A DNA stretch of 64,000 nt, taken from IMG/VR virus record IMGVR_UViG_3300035565_000042, positions 1 to 64,000 of that record. The stretch is one strand, 5' to 3'. Below the pieces are notes generated by a model. That model had not been told where the DNA came from. It did no database searches and worked only from the letters and a program-made list of their open reading frames with translations. Position numbers and translations under genes: made by a program. Of this stretch, positions 1 to 12,800 are shown piece by piece (position 1 is the stretch's first letter; every line of letters starts with the position of its first letter). Source of the stretch: a virus.

Positions 1-2127
1 GGTGCTGCCGAACTGGCTGTAGAGGGAGTCAAAGCATTACTTAATCATGGCGCAAATAAAAGAGCCCGTGCTGAAGCTGTAGGTAAATGGATGAACACAT
101 GGAATTCAACTGATGAGTCTGCAGTTGAATATTCTGGTTACAAGAGAGGTGGATTCCACACGAAGAAAGGAAGGAACGCTGCAGCAAAACATGACAAACA
201 TAAGATCAAGCCGGTTATTCCTCCGACTGTCAATAATGAAACTGCACAACCTGCCGATGGTAATATTCCGACACAAGGAATGCCGATGCCAGGACAACAG
301 GTTCCACAGATACCCGGTGCAGGTATGAAATCAGGTGGCCCAACAGTTGCAAAAGCAAAAATGATGTTAAGAGATAATTCTGCACAGGGACATCCATTAA
401 CTACTAAACAAAAGAAATTCTTTGGCCTTATTGCAGGTGGAGGGAAACCAACCAAACATGCTACTGGCGGTATTGTAGGTAATCCATTATTTCTTCAACT
501 TCAAAAGACTCCGCAAGGATTCGACAAGGGTGGATTCTCAATATCATTTAAGGATGGTGGTATTCATATAAAGCCAGAGAACAAAGGAAAGTTTACTGCC
601 TATAAAAAAAGGACAGGAAAGACAACCACAGAAGCTTTGCATTCAAGCGATCCTCATGTAAGACAGATGGCAAACTTTGCCAGGAATGCTAAGAAGTTTC
701 ATCATGCTGAAGGCGGTCCAATTATTGATACTACATCAAAAAAGACTACAACAGTAGTTCATAGTATTGAGCCACGCAGTATGCTTCCCGCCGAGATTGC
801 ACCTCAGGCCGTAAAAGATGGTATCTTTAAAGGATCAGTAGAGGATCTCTTGAAACTTCCAGTTGAGGAACAGGCAAAGATTCTGCATAATCCCGATAAA
901 GGATATAATGTTACAAGTAAAGCACCAGGGCAATATGAATTCTGGCGTAATGATACGATCAATGCTCAAAAACCAACAAAAGCAATGGATTTTGCAAGAA
1001 AAAGATTTGCTGAAGCTCAGAAGACTAACATTCTAAAAACCAATATTAAACCAGATCTTGTTGCTGAAAGAGCAAAAGGAGGCAAGATAGAAGGTCCTGG
1101 CGGCCCTAAAGAAGATAAGATCGAGATGAGTGCTAAGGATGGATCATTCATCGTTCCTGCAGAGAATTCTGGTGTTGCTATTGGACTTGGTAAGGAATTC
1201 CTTGGATGGAAAGGCGATGAGAGAGCCAAACGTAAGTATTCATCCGGAGGAATCAAAGTAAGTGATGGGGAAGTATTATTCACACCTCAGGAAGTAAATA
1301 TCCTTAAGTATCATGGTGTTGATCTCAATAAACTTGCTCCCAATGCTGATCCTGGCAATAAACTTGCCAAGGGTGGTTATACATGGAATGAAGATAAAGG
1401 TAACTGGGCATGGGACGAGAATGCTGAAGGTGATGATCCGGAATATGCAGATTATCTCAAGAATCAGAAAGCTTCAGCAAGTAATCCAGCAAAAGATCAG
1501 GCTGGTACAACTGAAGATAAGAAAAAACCAGAAAAGACAGCTTTTGAGAAGATCATGGATATCACCCCGGAAATCGGTGGTGCATTACAAGGAGCTGCAG
1601 CAATATCAGGAATCATTAAGACAGGTCATATTCCTGATGTCAATGTAAGCAATACGCTGAAAACTCTTACCAATAACTTGCGTAAGGAATCACAATATGG
1701 ACTTGCTCCCGGGACTCTTGATGCAATGGATATACAGACCGAAAAATCAAGGAGAGATGCTACCAATGCAATTGTTGCTCGCGGAGGGTCCTCATCAGAA
1801 GTACAGTCAGGTATTCTTGGAACTCTTAGTACTACATTAAGCGAAAAGTACAAGACTCAACTTATGGATCAGCAAGAGAAGACCAGCAAAACAAGTTTAT
1901 ATGCCAATGCTGCCATGGGTGAATCCGGACAGGAAATGGATGCTAAGAAGATTGCTCTTGATGCCTGGCTTCGTAGTCAACAGACAAATGCCGGACTTCT
2001 TAATTCTGCAATAGCAAATATCATAGGAGCCCGGAAATATAAAGAAACACAGGAATTCCTTGACAAGACAGGTACAAGTGCTCCATACATAACGATTGGT
2101 GGCAAAACTATTAAATTAGGCAATTAA
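1..2127 (+). CDS. Probable virion ejection/cargo protein (5'-truncated; frame is open from base 1)
   Basis: Frame 1 has no stop from position 1. Contains IHIKPENKGKFT...ANFARNAKK (a motif I recognise from crAss-like virion proteins), a GPGGPKEDKI..DGSFIVPAE motif, repeated xxGG motifs and an Ala/Gly/Gln-rich helical C-terminus. Lies just upstream of the vRNAP gene. Confidence 0.6.
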   Translation, partial: GAAELAVEGVKALLNHGANKRARAEAVGKWMNTWNSTDESAVEYSGYKRGGFHTKKGRNAAAKHDKHKIKPVIPPTVNNETAQPADGNIPTQGMPMPGQQVPQIPGAGMKSGGPTVAKAKMMLRDNSAQGHPLTTKQKKFFGLIAGGGKPTKHATGGIVGNPLFLQLQKTPQGFDKGGFSISFKDGGIHIKPENKGKFTAYKKRTGKTTTEALHSSDPHVRQMANFARNAKKFHHAEGGPIIDTTSKKTTTVVHSIEPRSMLPAEIAPQAVKDGIFKGSVEDLLKLPVEEQAKILHNPDKGYNVTSKAPGQYEFWRNDTINAQKPTKAMDFARKRFAEAQKTNILKTNIKPDLVAERAKGGKIEGPGGPKEDKIEMSAKDGSFIVPAENSGVAIGLGKEFLGWKGDERAKRKYSSGGIKVSDGEVLFTPQEVNILKYHGVDLNKLAPNADPGNKLAKGGYTWNEDKGNWAWDENAEGDDPEYADYLKNQKASASNPAKDQAGTTEDKKKPEKTAFEKIMDITPEIGGALQGAAAISGIIKTGHIPDVNVSNTLKTLTNNLRKESQYGLAPGTLDAMDIQTEKSRRDATNAIVARGGSSSEVQSGILGTLSTTLSEKYKTQLMDQQEKTSKTSLYANAAMGESGQEMDAKKIALDAWLRSQQTNAGLLNSAIANIIGARKYKETQEFLDKTGTSAPYITIGGKTIKLGN

Positions 2128-2138
2128 ATACTATTCAC

Positions 2139-3848
2139 ATGGACGGACAAAATTTAGGAATAAAAGAGGGTATGTCCTTTGTGGAAAACTGGGATAATGA
2201 TATAAATCAGTTATACCAGCGCGAAGAATATAAAGCTCGTATCAATAACGAGCAGGAGAAGAAAGCAGAGTATTATGCAAATCTTCTCAAGCAAGGTCAT
2301 GTAAGTAGTCCTTATGCCGAGTCACGGTTACAAGAGTTCTATAAAGGTCTTAATGGTAAGGTTGCCGACTTTGCTATTAACAATCCTAACTTTACCAATG
2401 ATGTTACTGGTATGCAGAAGTTCAATGAACTTACTGATCAGTTCCTAAATAATCCTATCATACTTGAAGATCAGCAGGTAAAACATGAATTCCAGAAATT
2501 TCAGGATGCAGTTGTTGCTGGAAATATAAGTCCTGATACGTACCATGAAAACATGGAACGGTATAATAATTATATCAATGCAAAACCCGGAGACAATGTA
2601 AGCCCTTATGTATTTCAGAACTTCAAACAACAGGATTTCGATAAGATGACTTCAGAGATTGCCGGAACAATAAAGACAGATCAGTTCGAAAATGTCAAAC
2701 AGGTAGGATATGATTATTACAAGACTACCGATGTGGATAAGCTTTATCCAGTATTACTATCAAGATCGATGGCAGCCGTTCAGGATCCAGAGAAAGCAAT
2801 AGCAATAAACAATCGTTATCAGGCAGCAATAAGTTCCAATCCTGATCTGAAGAACTTGAAGGGATTTGAAAATTCAGTTACCTGGTATGCAAATTATCTT
2901 CAGTCAGCTCTTCCAATAAAAAACATGGAACATGCATGGTCTATGTCAGAATGGATGTCAGGGCAGGGAGAAGGCGCAAATGTAGATTGGTTTGGAGTAA
3001 GTAAACTTCCAAGGATACTTTCATTGTACAATGCTATTGGGCAAAAGAAAAATGCGGATGGTTCTGTAGCACTTGATTCAAATCAGAGACCAATTGTTGG
3101 ATATACAGATCAGGAGATAAGTGCAGATCCTGAAGATATAGCTTTGACTGATTTCGATAAAGATAAAAGGATGTCTATAAATGGTGCAGCTGGTGTTCTT
3201 GTTAAGAATACAAAAACAGGGCAACTTGAACCATTCTCTTTTGCAGGTACTTCAGTAATCGCAGGATGTAATTCTATTGATAAGATTGTTTCCATAAGTG
3301 GAATTCCTTATGCTAAGGTAAATGTATCTTACGGTTCCCCAATAGGAACTGAAGGGATCAATAAAGACAAACCCTTCTATCCAGCCAAAGATGAATGGGG
3401 ATTTCAGACGATGAAAACCCAGATACCTGCCGGCTCGATGTCAGCACTTAACATGACAGGATCAATGTCTGTAGGAACCGGTCAGCAGTATAGTGGTGAC
3501 GTCTATGTCCGGTTAAAAGTAAATCAGAACACAGCCCAGAACTGGAATAAACTTCACAATGGTGAGTCTTATGCAAATAAGGTTTCAACAAGGACCGTTG
3601 AGGATCTTCAGGAAATGGCTAAGGCTAATCCAGCTTCAAGTTATGCTATAAATAAAATTGCTTCCGGAGATATCCCAAACATATCTGGAGTCATGCCGGC
3701 CATAACTGGAAACAATATTGCTAAACGGAATAAATATCTTATTGCCGAACAAACTGATCCAACATCCGGCAAGAAGATAGATATACTTATTGATGCAGAA
3801 ACTGGAATAGTGTGGAAAGATCCTGCAACAGTTAACAAATACAGATAG
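2139..3848 (+). CDS. Probable second ejection/cargo protein, 569 aa
   Basis: Long ORF with helical N-terminus, tightly packed between the cargo gene and the vRNAP gene as in crAss-like gene order; function inferred from position. Confidence 0.5.
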   Translation: MDGQNLGIKEGMSFVENWDNDINQLYQREEYKARINNEQEKKAEYYANLLKQGHVSSPYAESRLQEFYKGLNGKVADFAINNPNFTNDVTGMQKFNELTDQFLNNPIILEDQQVKHEFQKFQDAVVAGNISPDTYHENMERYNNYINAKPGDNVSPYVFQNFKQQDFDKMTSEIAGTIKTDQFENVKQVGYDYYKTTDVDKLYPVLLSRSMAAVQDPEKAIAINNRYQAAISSNPDLKNLKGFENSVTWYANYLQSALPIKNMEHAWSMSEWMSGQGEGANVDWFGVSKLPRILSLYNAIGQKKNADGSVALDSNQRPIVGYTDQEISADPEDIALTDFDKDKRMSINGAAGVLVKNTKTGQLEPFSFAGTSVIAGCNSIDKIVSISGIPYAKVNVSYGSPIGTEGINKDKPFYPAKDEWGFQTMKTQIPAGSMSALNMTGSMSVGTGQQYSGDVYVRLKVNQNTAQNWNKLHNGESYANKVSTRTVEDLQEMAKANPASSYAINKIASGDIPNISGVMPAITGNNIAKRNKYLIAEQTDPTSGKKIDILIDAETGIVWKDPATVNKYR

Positions 3849-3854
3849 AAAATA

Positions 3855-6800
3855 ATGCTTTCAATTGAAGATAAGGGCCCCGATCCAAGCAAAGGTGTCT
3901 CCATAGATTCCTTTAGTTATGGAAATGATATAACAAAGAATGCTCCGGTTGTCTTGAAAAATCAACAGCAACCAGAAACAGACAAGGGCCCTGATCCATC
4001 AAAAGGCGTTCCACTCGATGCACTTCGTCCTGAAAATCCGGAACAATTCCAGTTACCTGATACTGAGGCAAAGACTTCCGTTACTCCTCTTGATCCGAAT
4101 AAAGGATTAAAGGAACGTCAGGATGAACTTGACAAGCAGATTGCAAAACTGAATAATTACAAGGCAGAAATCACAAAGAAACCATTCCTGTCAACAATCA
4201 ATGATGCGTTGTTTGATCATACATTTTCTCTTGGGAATGAAGATGAAAAGAAAAAGAAGATCCAAGATGTAGACGAGACTCTTACAAAACTCACTGCAGA
4301 ACGCCAGACAATAGCAAATAAGATAGCACCTATTACTCCTGAAGTAATGAAGGATATCAATGACAAGACATCCTTTTCCGTCGACAAGAATAATATCTTT
4401 ACTACCAAGTTTTCTGATGCCATTGAGAAATATGGGTTGCCACAGATAAACCGTGCTTATACTGAATACTGGAACCAACAGTTTGAGAAGGATGCCAAGG
4501 ATGATGTGAAGCATTATGAACAGATGGGTGACACCAAACAGATGTTCACTTATAATGCAGTCAAGTATGGAGAAATGCCAACTCTTAATCCTGAAGAGAC
4601 TACAGAAATAAGAACACTTTGGGATAAGATTCGCAACAGTCCGGAATTCAATGGTAAATATTCTACATCTCCGATAACATACGATAACCAGGTTAATGTG
4701 GCAAACCAGATGGTTAAAGAGTTTGTCGATAGTAAACATCTTAATGATGAAAATGTAGATACCAAGCAGAAATCTGATGACTGGATAAAATATTCAAAGG
4801 TCATCAGTTCCATGATGCAATATAATCCTGATAATGGCGCTGTGACAGTTCAGGGACTACAAGCATTTGCCAGGGCCAATACCGGACAGATCAATGACAG
4901 AATATCACAACTTCAGAGCATAGCAAACAATCTCAACACTATTGAGGATAAGTATAACAAGAATCCAGAAAGTAAACCTCCATGGTTTGTAGAGAATGGA
5001 ACACCGGAACAAGCTCAGAAGTCATTCAATAATTACCAGGCTTATAAACAGTATGTCAATACTGAACTTACAACACTACAGAAGACCCAAACACTCAATA
5101 ATGCTATCTATAATTTACCACTCAATAAGAATGCAAAAAAAGAGGTAGGTGCATTTGGGAAGAAGAATGATCCATCGAATATAGATATGCTTGACTTTAA
5201 GGCGGCCGGACTTGATGAATTATCACAAAGTCAGGATATCGTTGACCTTAACAAACGTGTTTATGCCGGAGAACACCTTTCCTGGGGCGAACAGAAGGCC
5301 GTTGAACTTGCGACGATACTCAACACTTCCCTACATGGGAAGACCTTAGAAACGCCTGATTTGACCTTAAAAGGGCCAAGTCTTGGTTTTAAGAATGTAA
5401 CTCCTGCATCACTTACCGGAGATTATCTTTCCGGTATTGATATTCCGCGAGCCAGGGACAATCATGAACTTAAACATCTTTGGCAACTTCCATTTGCAAC
5501 TGCCGGTGAATTAAGTCATGCATATGGATCTATTGCACATATGTTTGACTGGGTTCAAAACAAAATGGAGCAAGGGATAGCAAATATTGCATTCGGAGAT
5601 AAGACAGGAGATAAATGGTATGATCTGAAGAAAAGAGGATTAATACCAAACTATATCGGAATAGGTGGAAATGATGAGACTGGTATGCTCGTTGATATGT
5701 TTAATGAGTTTTCAGAAAAGATGCCAGGACTACCTGTTACATCCGGTTCTCCATTTGCTAATGCCATGTGGTCAGGATATAAATCAACCGTAGATATTAT
5801 TCCTGATATTGGTATGACATTGTTTATGCCTGAAGCTGGAGTACCTAAGATACTTGCTGAACTTGGAGTCAAGTCTTTCGGTAAATGGGCAATGTATCTT
5901 GGTGCTAAAGGGATGATTGAGAAAGCTGAAGAGTCTGAAGAAGGAACTATAAAACAGAAATTAACTGCACCACTCATTGGAGGCCTTGAAGGTGCGGCAC
6001 AAGGATTCATGTACGATGCTCTTGGTATTATGGCATCAAAAGCTGGTTCCTTACTTGCTCGTAAGACCATGCCAAAATTAATGTTTGCTGATGGTTTTGA
6101 AAAGATAGATCCTACCTCAAGAGTATCTGATCTGAAAGGGGAAAACGTACCTATCTTCAAATCTACTGATGAGGCATTGAACTATCAATTAGGTTCCCTT
6201 GGATATTCTACTCTTGTCAATATGGTTTCCTTTGCCGGAATGAATATCATTGATGAATATGCCAGAACAGGAAAGATATCTGCTGAGTCAGGAGTATCAG
6301 GAGCCATGACAGGATTTATGCTTATAGCAAAAGATGCTGGACAGTTACTTACTGCAAAGGCAATGAATATGCTTGTTGTCGCTCCGGATGAGTTTGTATA
6401 CAGACTTTATACAAGCAAGGTTACTTCTGAGCAGATGGCAAAGAAAGCTCAGGATCTTATTCAGGGAGTACACGAAAAAAGGTCAAAGAATGTTAAACAA
6501 GATCTATACCTGGCAAGAGTATGTCAGAACATGGCTGAATTGAAGGGATTACTGGAAGAACATAAGAATGATCCTAAAGCTATCGAATCGATTATACTTC
6601 AGTCTAAACTTGAGAAAGGAACGAAGAAATATATCATCCAGAAGTTAAAAATTGCATCAAAGGAAAAAGCGCAAGAAGGAGCACCATTATTCCCAAAAAA
6701 ACCAAAGATAACTGAAGCTGATGCTGAGTCCATACAGAAACATAATGAAGAGATAAAAGGTAAGTATCCGGACTTATATTCAAATGGATTACTCGAAGTC

Positions 6801-9800
6801 GACAAACAATCCGGAGCTTTTATAGAGCCGGATGCAGCAACACTCTTTGCTATTCATGATCAATTATCAGAGGATATCGACAAGTTAAGCAAACGGAATG
6901 CTCATGATGACTATATCAATCCTGATAAGGATGCCATTGCAAAGATTAATGAACAGTTAAAATCACTTCCAGATACTCCTGAGAACACAAATTCAAGAAA
7001 TGCATTACTCGCGCAGATTGAGACTATCAGGAAGATGCCATCTCCAGAGTTGACAAAGTTATTGAATCAAAGAGTTGCAGTTGAGAACCATCTTAATGAA
7101 ATAGCATCAAATGTAAAACTTCCATTCAACTACAAACTTCCATCTGAGAAACATCAGGAACTTCTCAATCGTGTTGCTACCGGAGAACCGGTTACTGGAA
7201 CCGTAAGTATTCCAGGTCAGGCAATACATAGGATGCTAATTACAATGCCTAATGGAGATCAGGTTAATGCATATCGTGGAACGGCACCCGGCATTGAAGA
7301 AACAAAAGAAGAATTCGAAGAGCGCAATAAACTTGCTCTTGGCGCAGCTCGTTCAAAGACTCCAGTTACTCTAAAGTATATCCCAAAAGCTGAATGGAAC
7401 CCAGATGACAAAGCATTCGAATCATTCGTCAATCCATTTACCGGAGAAGTAGAACACGTACCATACGGAGACAAACTTGATGTCATGGTTGGTGACAAAT
7501 CTATTGGTTCAGTTCAGGTTCATGACTATAGTGAACAACAATTGATGCGATCAAAATTCAACAAGGCAATAGAACTGGCCCAGGCATCAGAGAATGAAAT
7601 AGTGCATAACCTTTCCTTTGATGCAGACGGTAAACCGGAAATGGGAAAGAAGAAAGAGAAGAAGATGCAGAAACTTGTTTCCGACATGGTATCCGGATTA
7701 AGTAATGCATTATCTACAGTCAAGACTGAAGATGTGATACCGTGGCTGAAAGGACAGATCGACAACAATAATAAACTCAAACAACCAGAGAAAGACTTCA
7801 TAAAGAATTTCATTGACAAGAACAAACAGACCATATCAGAAAATGTGATGACAAGAAGGCTCATGGATGCCGGTTTTAAGACTCAGGTTAAAGGTTTTGA
7901 TCCTTCGTCAATGATCCTACCAGAAAATGAGAATCCTGCCTTAAATCAATCCCAGAAGATAGCTGAGAGCCTAAAGACATTCACACCTATATGGAATGAT
8001 ATGTCGAATCGGTATAACCAAAGTCAGGGCCGGCTACAGATGGAGTTTAACCGGATGGCACTTAATGGTGATATCAGTGAGATAACCAACCAGGATACAT
8101 GGAAAGCATGGTTATTAAAACATAGGACTGCTGACGATGTGAATAATGCTATTGTCGATTATCTTATGGATATGCACTTCCCTGTTGCTGTTTCAATGCT
8201 TGACTTTTATCATAGTGTCCGGCCGGTAAGAAAGATTGGTGTATATGTTGAGAAAGGAGTTATCTATACAAAGGATCTTAATCCATCCGAGTCGTATGAA
8301 GATTTCGTAAACAGGTTTGGAAGTACATTGAAAGCAACCGGTATTGATAAGATCAAGGAACTTATTCTTAACCGTAGGAGAGAACAAGAAGAAGCATTCA
8401 AATATGAAAACGCATTAAGTGCTGATGAACTCTACAAAATAAAGACAGAACAATTCGAGAAAGATCTTGACTTACTCTTCAATGTTACTGGAGTTTCAAA
8501 AGATGTGTGGAAACAATATTTCCAGCAGAGAACAAATGAAACAAAGGCTTATGCCAAAGAAGGGGATAAACGTAAAACCGACTATAAGACCTTCGATAAT
8601 CTTATGCGGAACAAAGTATATCGCAGAGGTAAGAAAGGTGATTATCTATGGCGCCAGGGAGACATAATTTTTAATCTTCTCAAAGGTAATGCATCTCCGG
8701 CCGGCAAAGATCCGGAACAGGCAAGTGCTGACATCATAAAGTATTTTACTGAAGGTCGTGATGCAGACGAGGATCATAATGTAGTATTCTCAAATCTTTA
8801 TAAGCTTTCTACAGCTCTTGGCAATCGTGAAGACATAGGAATAGATGGCCGCGATATCAAAGGCGATCATATGACTTCCTTTGAACAGAACAGTAACATA
8901 TTTACCCAGGCAGACAATATACTTGAATCGGCTATAGACAATCCAATAACCAGACTTCACAAAGAGAATGGAGTGCCAATGCAGATCATCATAGTTAATG
9001 GACTGCATAATCTTGATATTAACAAATACAAGAAAGGAACTCCGGCTGAAGATATGAGCATGGAAGATATCTGGGCCACTCAGGTTAGTATGTTTGCAAA
9101 CGGACTTGATACATACCAGCATAGTATCGGTCAGTTTGCTGATAAACCATCTATCTATGTCATAGAGGCACCAAAGGTTACAAATCCTACAGAAGAGCAA
9201 TTCCAGGCATTATATAAGGATCTTCCAAAGAAAGACTTTGATGATGCTGTAGAGTATCTCACCAAAAAATATGCATACTGGCAGGATGATCTATATTCAA
9301 AACTTGCAAAGAATTATGAAGGGGATCATTTTCAGAAGTTGCATAATATGATGAAAGCATTCGTGTACAACTATGCTATGAACACGAAAGCTTCTAATGA
9401 GATATTCTTCGGCGATCTGCATTCATATTCTAATGTTCTAAACCTTGTCAAAAGAGCTGGAAGTTCTAACAGTCCCGGGTGGAATATGAATGAGAATGTA
9501 GAAGGAGGTATTGGTTCTCATGTCAGGGTAATAGTCGTTAATGACAAAGGAATATTCGACGACAAAGGAAATCTTATTACAGACAAGGGAGCTGATGGTG
9601 CAATCTTCATGTCCGGAGCATGGGCAAAGCGGGCCCAGGTATCTCAGGGATCAGTTTACAACAAAGAAGCAGTCTATCCTCAGTTATTATCAATGAAAGC
9701 TGTTGCTTCATGGCTTAGTGATGCAACAAACAAAAGAGGACTTTACAAGGGTAATTTCATTAATGTAGATGCTATATCAGAAGGAACCGGATCTCAAGCA

Positions 9801-12800
9801 TATAAAGAGATTGCTGACTTCATGAAGAAAAATGGTATTGATGTTCTTATACCAAAATCTTCAGCCAAGGTTGTAACAGATAGTGAAGTTGCAAATATCT
9901 ATGATGAGAAAGGTAATTTCAATCCAGACTTTGAAGTTGGAGAACAACACATAAACAATCTCAAGACATCACATATATTCGTTCAGCAGGATCTTCGTCA
10001 TCCAGATGTTCCCAGAACAGCCAAGCAACCGGCCCAGTTCCTTCCAAACATATTGATTCTTCCGGAAGGTGGTCAGATAGCCGGGAATATTTCTGAGATG
10101 CAGAGATTATCAATTGAACAGTTCAAAGATGAATTAAATCAGAAATCATCTGATGAAGCAAAGATCGATTGGCTTAGAGAAAATGTAAATCAGTTCTCGC
10201 AACCAGATCTGTTCAGGCTTCTTGACATGGGACTTACGGTTGATGATCCTTCGTATCGTAAGATGATGCATACAATCCTCTCAGCTGCGATAAATAAAAA
10301 AGTCCTTGAGATACCAATAAACAGGATCGCCACTCAGGAGATACCTGATCTTGACGGATTATCCAGGCCATTACGAAAAACATCTGATGGTAAACACGTC
10401 ATGCTTCCGGATATTGCGACTTCGTATAGGAATGGAAGGGAAGAGGATGAAAGGTTTAAAGGAAAAGTTCAGGACGCAATTGACCACATAAATACTCATG
10501 CAGAAGAATACCGCGATCTCTTTGATGACAATGGTAAACTAATGAAGTGGGAGATTGAAGAGAGAGATGGTATAATACCAGGAGAAGTTATAATATCAAC
10601 AAGAGTTCCGGCTCATGGTCTTCCTTCACATACAGTAGCAAGATTAAGAAAGAATCTTCCCGGGAACTTCACAATGATTGACAGGAAAGGTCAAACAAAC
10701 AGTGGTTCAGACTTTGATGGAGACCAGAGATATAACCAGGTATTTTATAAGCGCAAAGGAAATTCTTTCTTTGATGATACAAAGGAAGGTATAGCAAACC
10801 ATAATATGATGCTAATGGTCTATGCTTATACTCATCCTGATAACTTTGATCTGATAAACCGGAAGATTGACGTAAATGCTTATGATGACATTCTTGAGAA
10901 GATAGGAAAACCATCGGTCAAACTATCCATTGATCCTATGGCTTATGAAGCTGCAAGGCTTAATAACATGGTTGGCGTTACGTCTAAAGGCATCATGACA
11001 GATATGATGACAGTATACAACCTGTTATCAAAACACAACATAAGACTTCGTAATCGCAAGTATATTCCAGTAGGATCAGGTATAGTTGAGGCAGAGAGAT
11101 TTGTTTCCGGAAATATAATGCTTGATCAGATCATCAAGGATCAGTATGGTGCAGTCAGGAATCATCTTGCGAACCTTGAGAATATGTCTTTCGACAATAC
11201 CAAGGATCCAAAGATCGAGGCCCTGGGATGTAATGAAATTACCTTTCCAATGGTTATTCTGTCAGTAATTGCTGATAGTCGTAACAGCAGTGAACATTTC
11301 AAGAGTTTCGAAGAACATTACCAGCATCTGCATGATGCTATAGGTAGGACAATGCAATATATGAATAGTCCTCTTGTAAGAGAGTTTGTATCTATAGCCA
11401 GGAGAAACAATGGTGGCATACGTAATGGAGATATGCAATCTATCTTTGAGAATCTTGAACATACTGCAGAAACTGAAAGCAATGAAAAGACTCCACGGTT
11501 TACAGTAAGAGATGTTAAGGATCTACGATCACTTCATTTCATGTCATCGGAACTTTCCGATATCAGGAATCTTTATCGTCTTACAGAATCAGCACCGACA
11601 ACCTATGTTGACTATATAATGGCACAGAGACTTGTTGATAAGTTTAAGGCAAACAACAGGGAAAACGGTCTTAAGATATTCGATACAAGTTCGTTTTTTA
11701 CAAGCCAGGGAGAGTTTCGCACAGAGTTCCGCGTTATTGACAGGGTGCTTGATATGTGTCGTGATTATGTCTTTGATGATATTCCTGAGACAAGTGAAGT
11801 TGGGAAGCAGATACAGGCATATGTTCTTCAGAAGATGATTGGTAATAATCCGAAGAAACTTCAGTTGACCAAAGATGAACTAAATGATGTATGCGCTTCA
11901 ATAAACAATGCTTTCAATATTCGCGCTATTGGATTGAAACAATCATTTGGCAAGACTTCAAACGAGTTGCTTGAACTACTTCCCAGACTCAAGGCAGAAA
12001 ATCCAGATAATGAGTTTCTGAAATATATCCGTGTAGTTAAAAAGAATGGTGTTGATACTGTAAGTATACTTCCGGAGTACACTCATGGAAAGATTTCAGA
12101 TTTCCAGATGAAAAAGATAGGAGAAGCCTTTGATAAACTTGAATCACATACCAAAGACTTATTTGCCTCCTACGCAATAGAAAAGTATGGTGCCAGCTCT
12201 TTAACTTCTAATGGTGGGTTCTATGCCCTCTTTGGTGACAACTATCGTGTAGAGCTCTCAGAACGCGCCAGAAACGAAATGAACGATTGGTACTTTGGTG
12301 ATGTATCTTCAGCTGACCGTCTTGCAATAGCTGATTGGGTTATCAGAGCAAATAGAAGCCAGGATATTCGTAAACTGAATGACGGGTATACTAATGATCG
12401 TCTTATGGATATGTTTACCGAACCATCCATTGATGTTCCTATTCGTCGGGATGCTCTTGAAGGAATAGGATCTATTGATGATATAACGCAATATCTTGAC
12501 CAGGCAAATCAGTATGAATTTAACAGAACTTTTTCAGACTGGTTAAGACGTGAACTTGGAATACCGGAAGGTACACGCAAAGTGACTCTGAAGGAAGCAA
12601 GAGAGTTTTCTACTCAATATGCAAAAGGACGCCAGGCAATAGCTGACAAGTTCTTTCCACAGACAAAAGAAATGGATGAAGAAGATGTTCGTCAACTTCA
12701 TGCCAATGATGCCGTAGGAACTGCCATGCTTACACATGATCCTGAACTGAATAAATTCATCTATGATCATCTTCAGAAAGTATTCCCAGACATAAAATTC

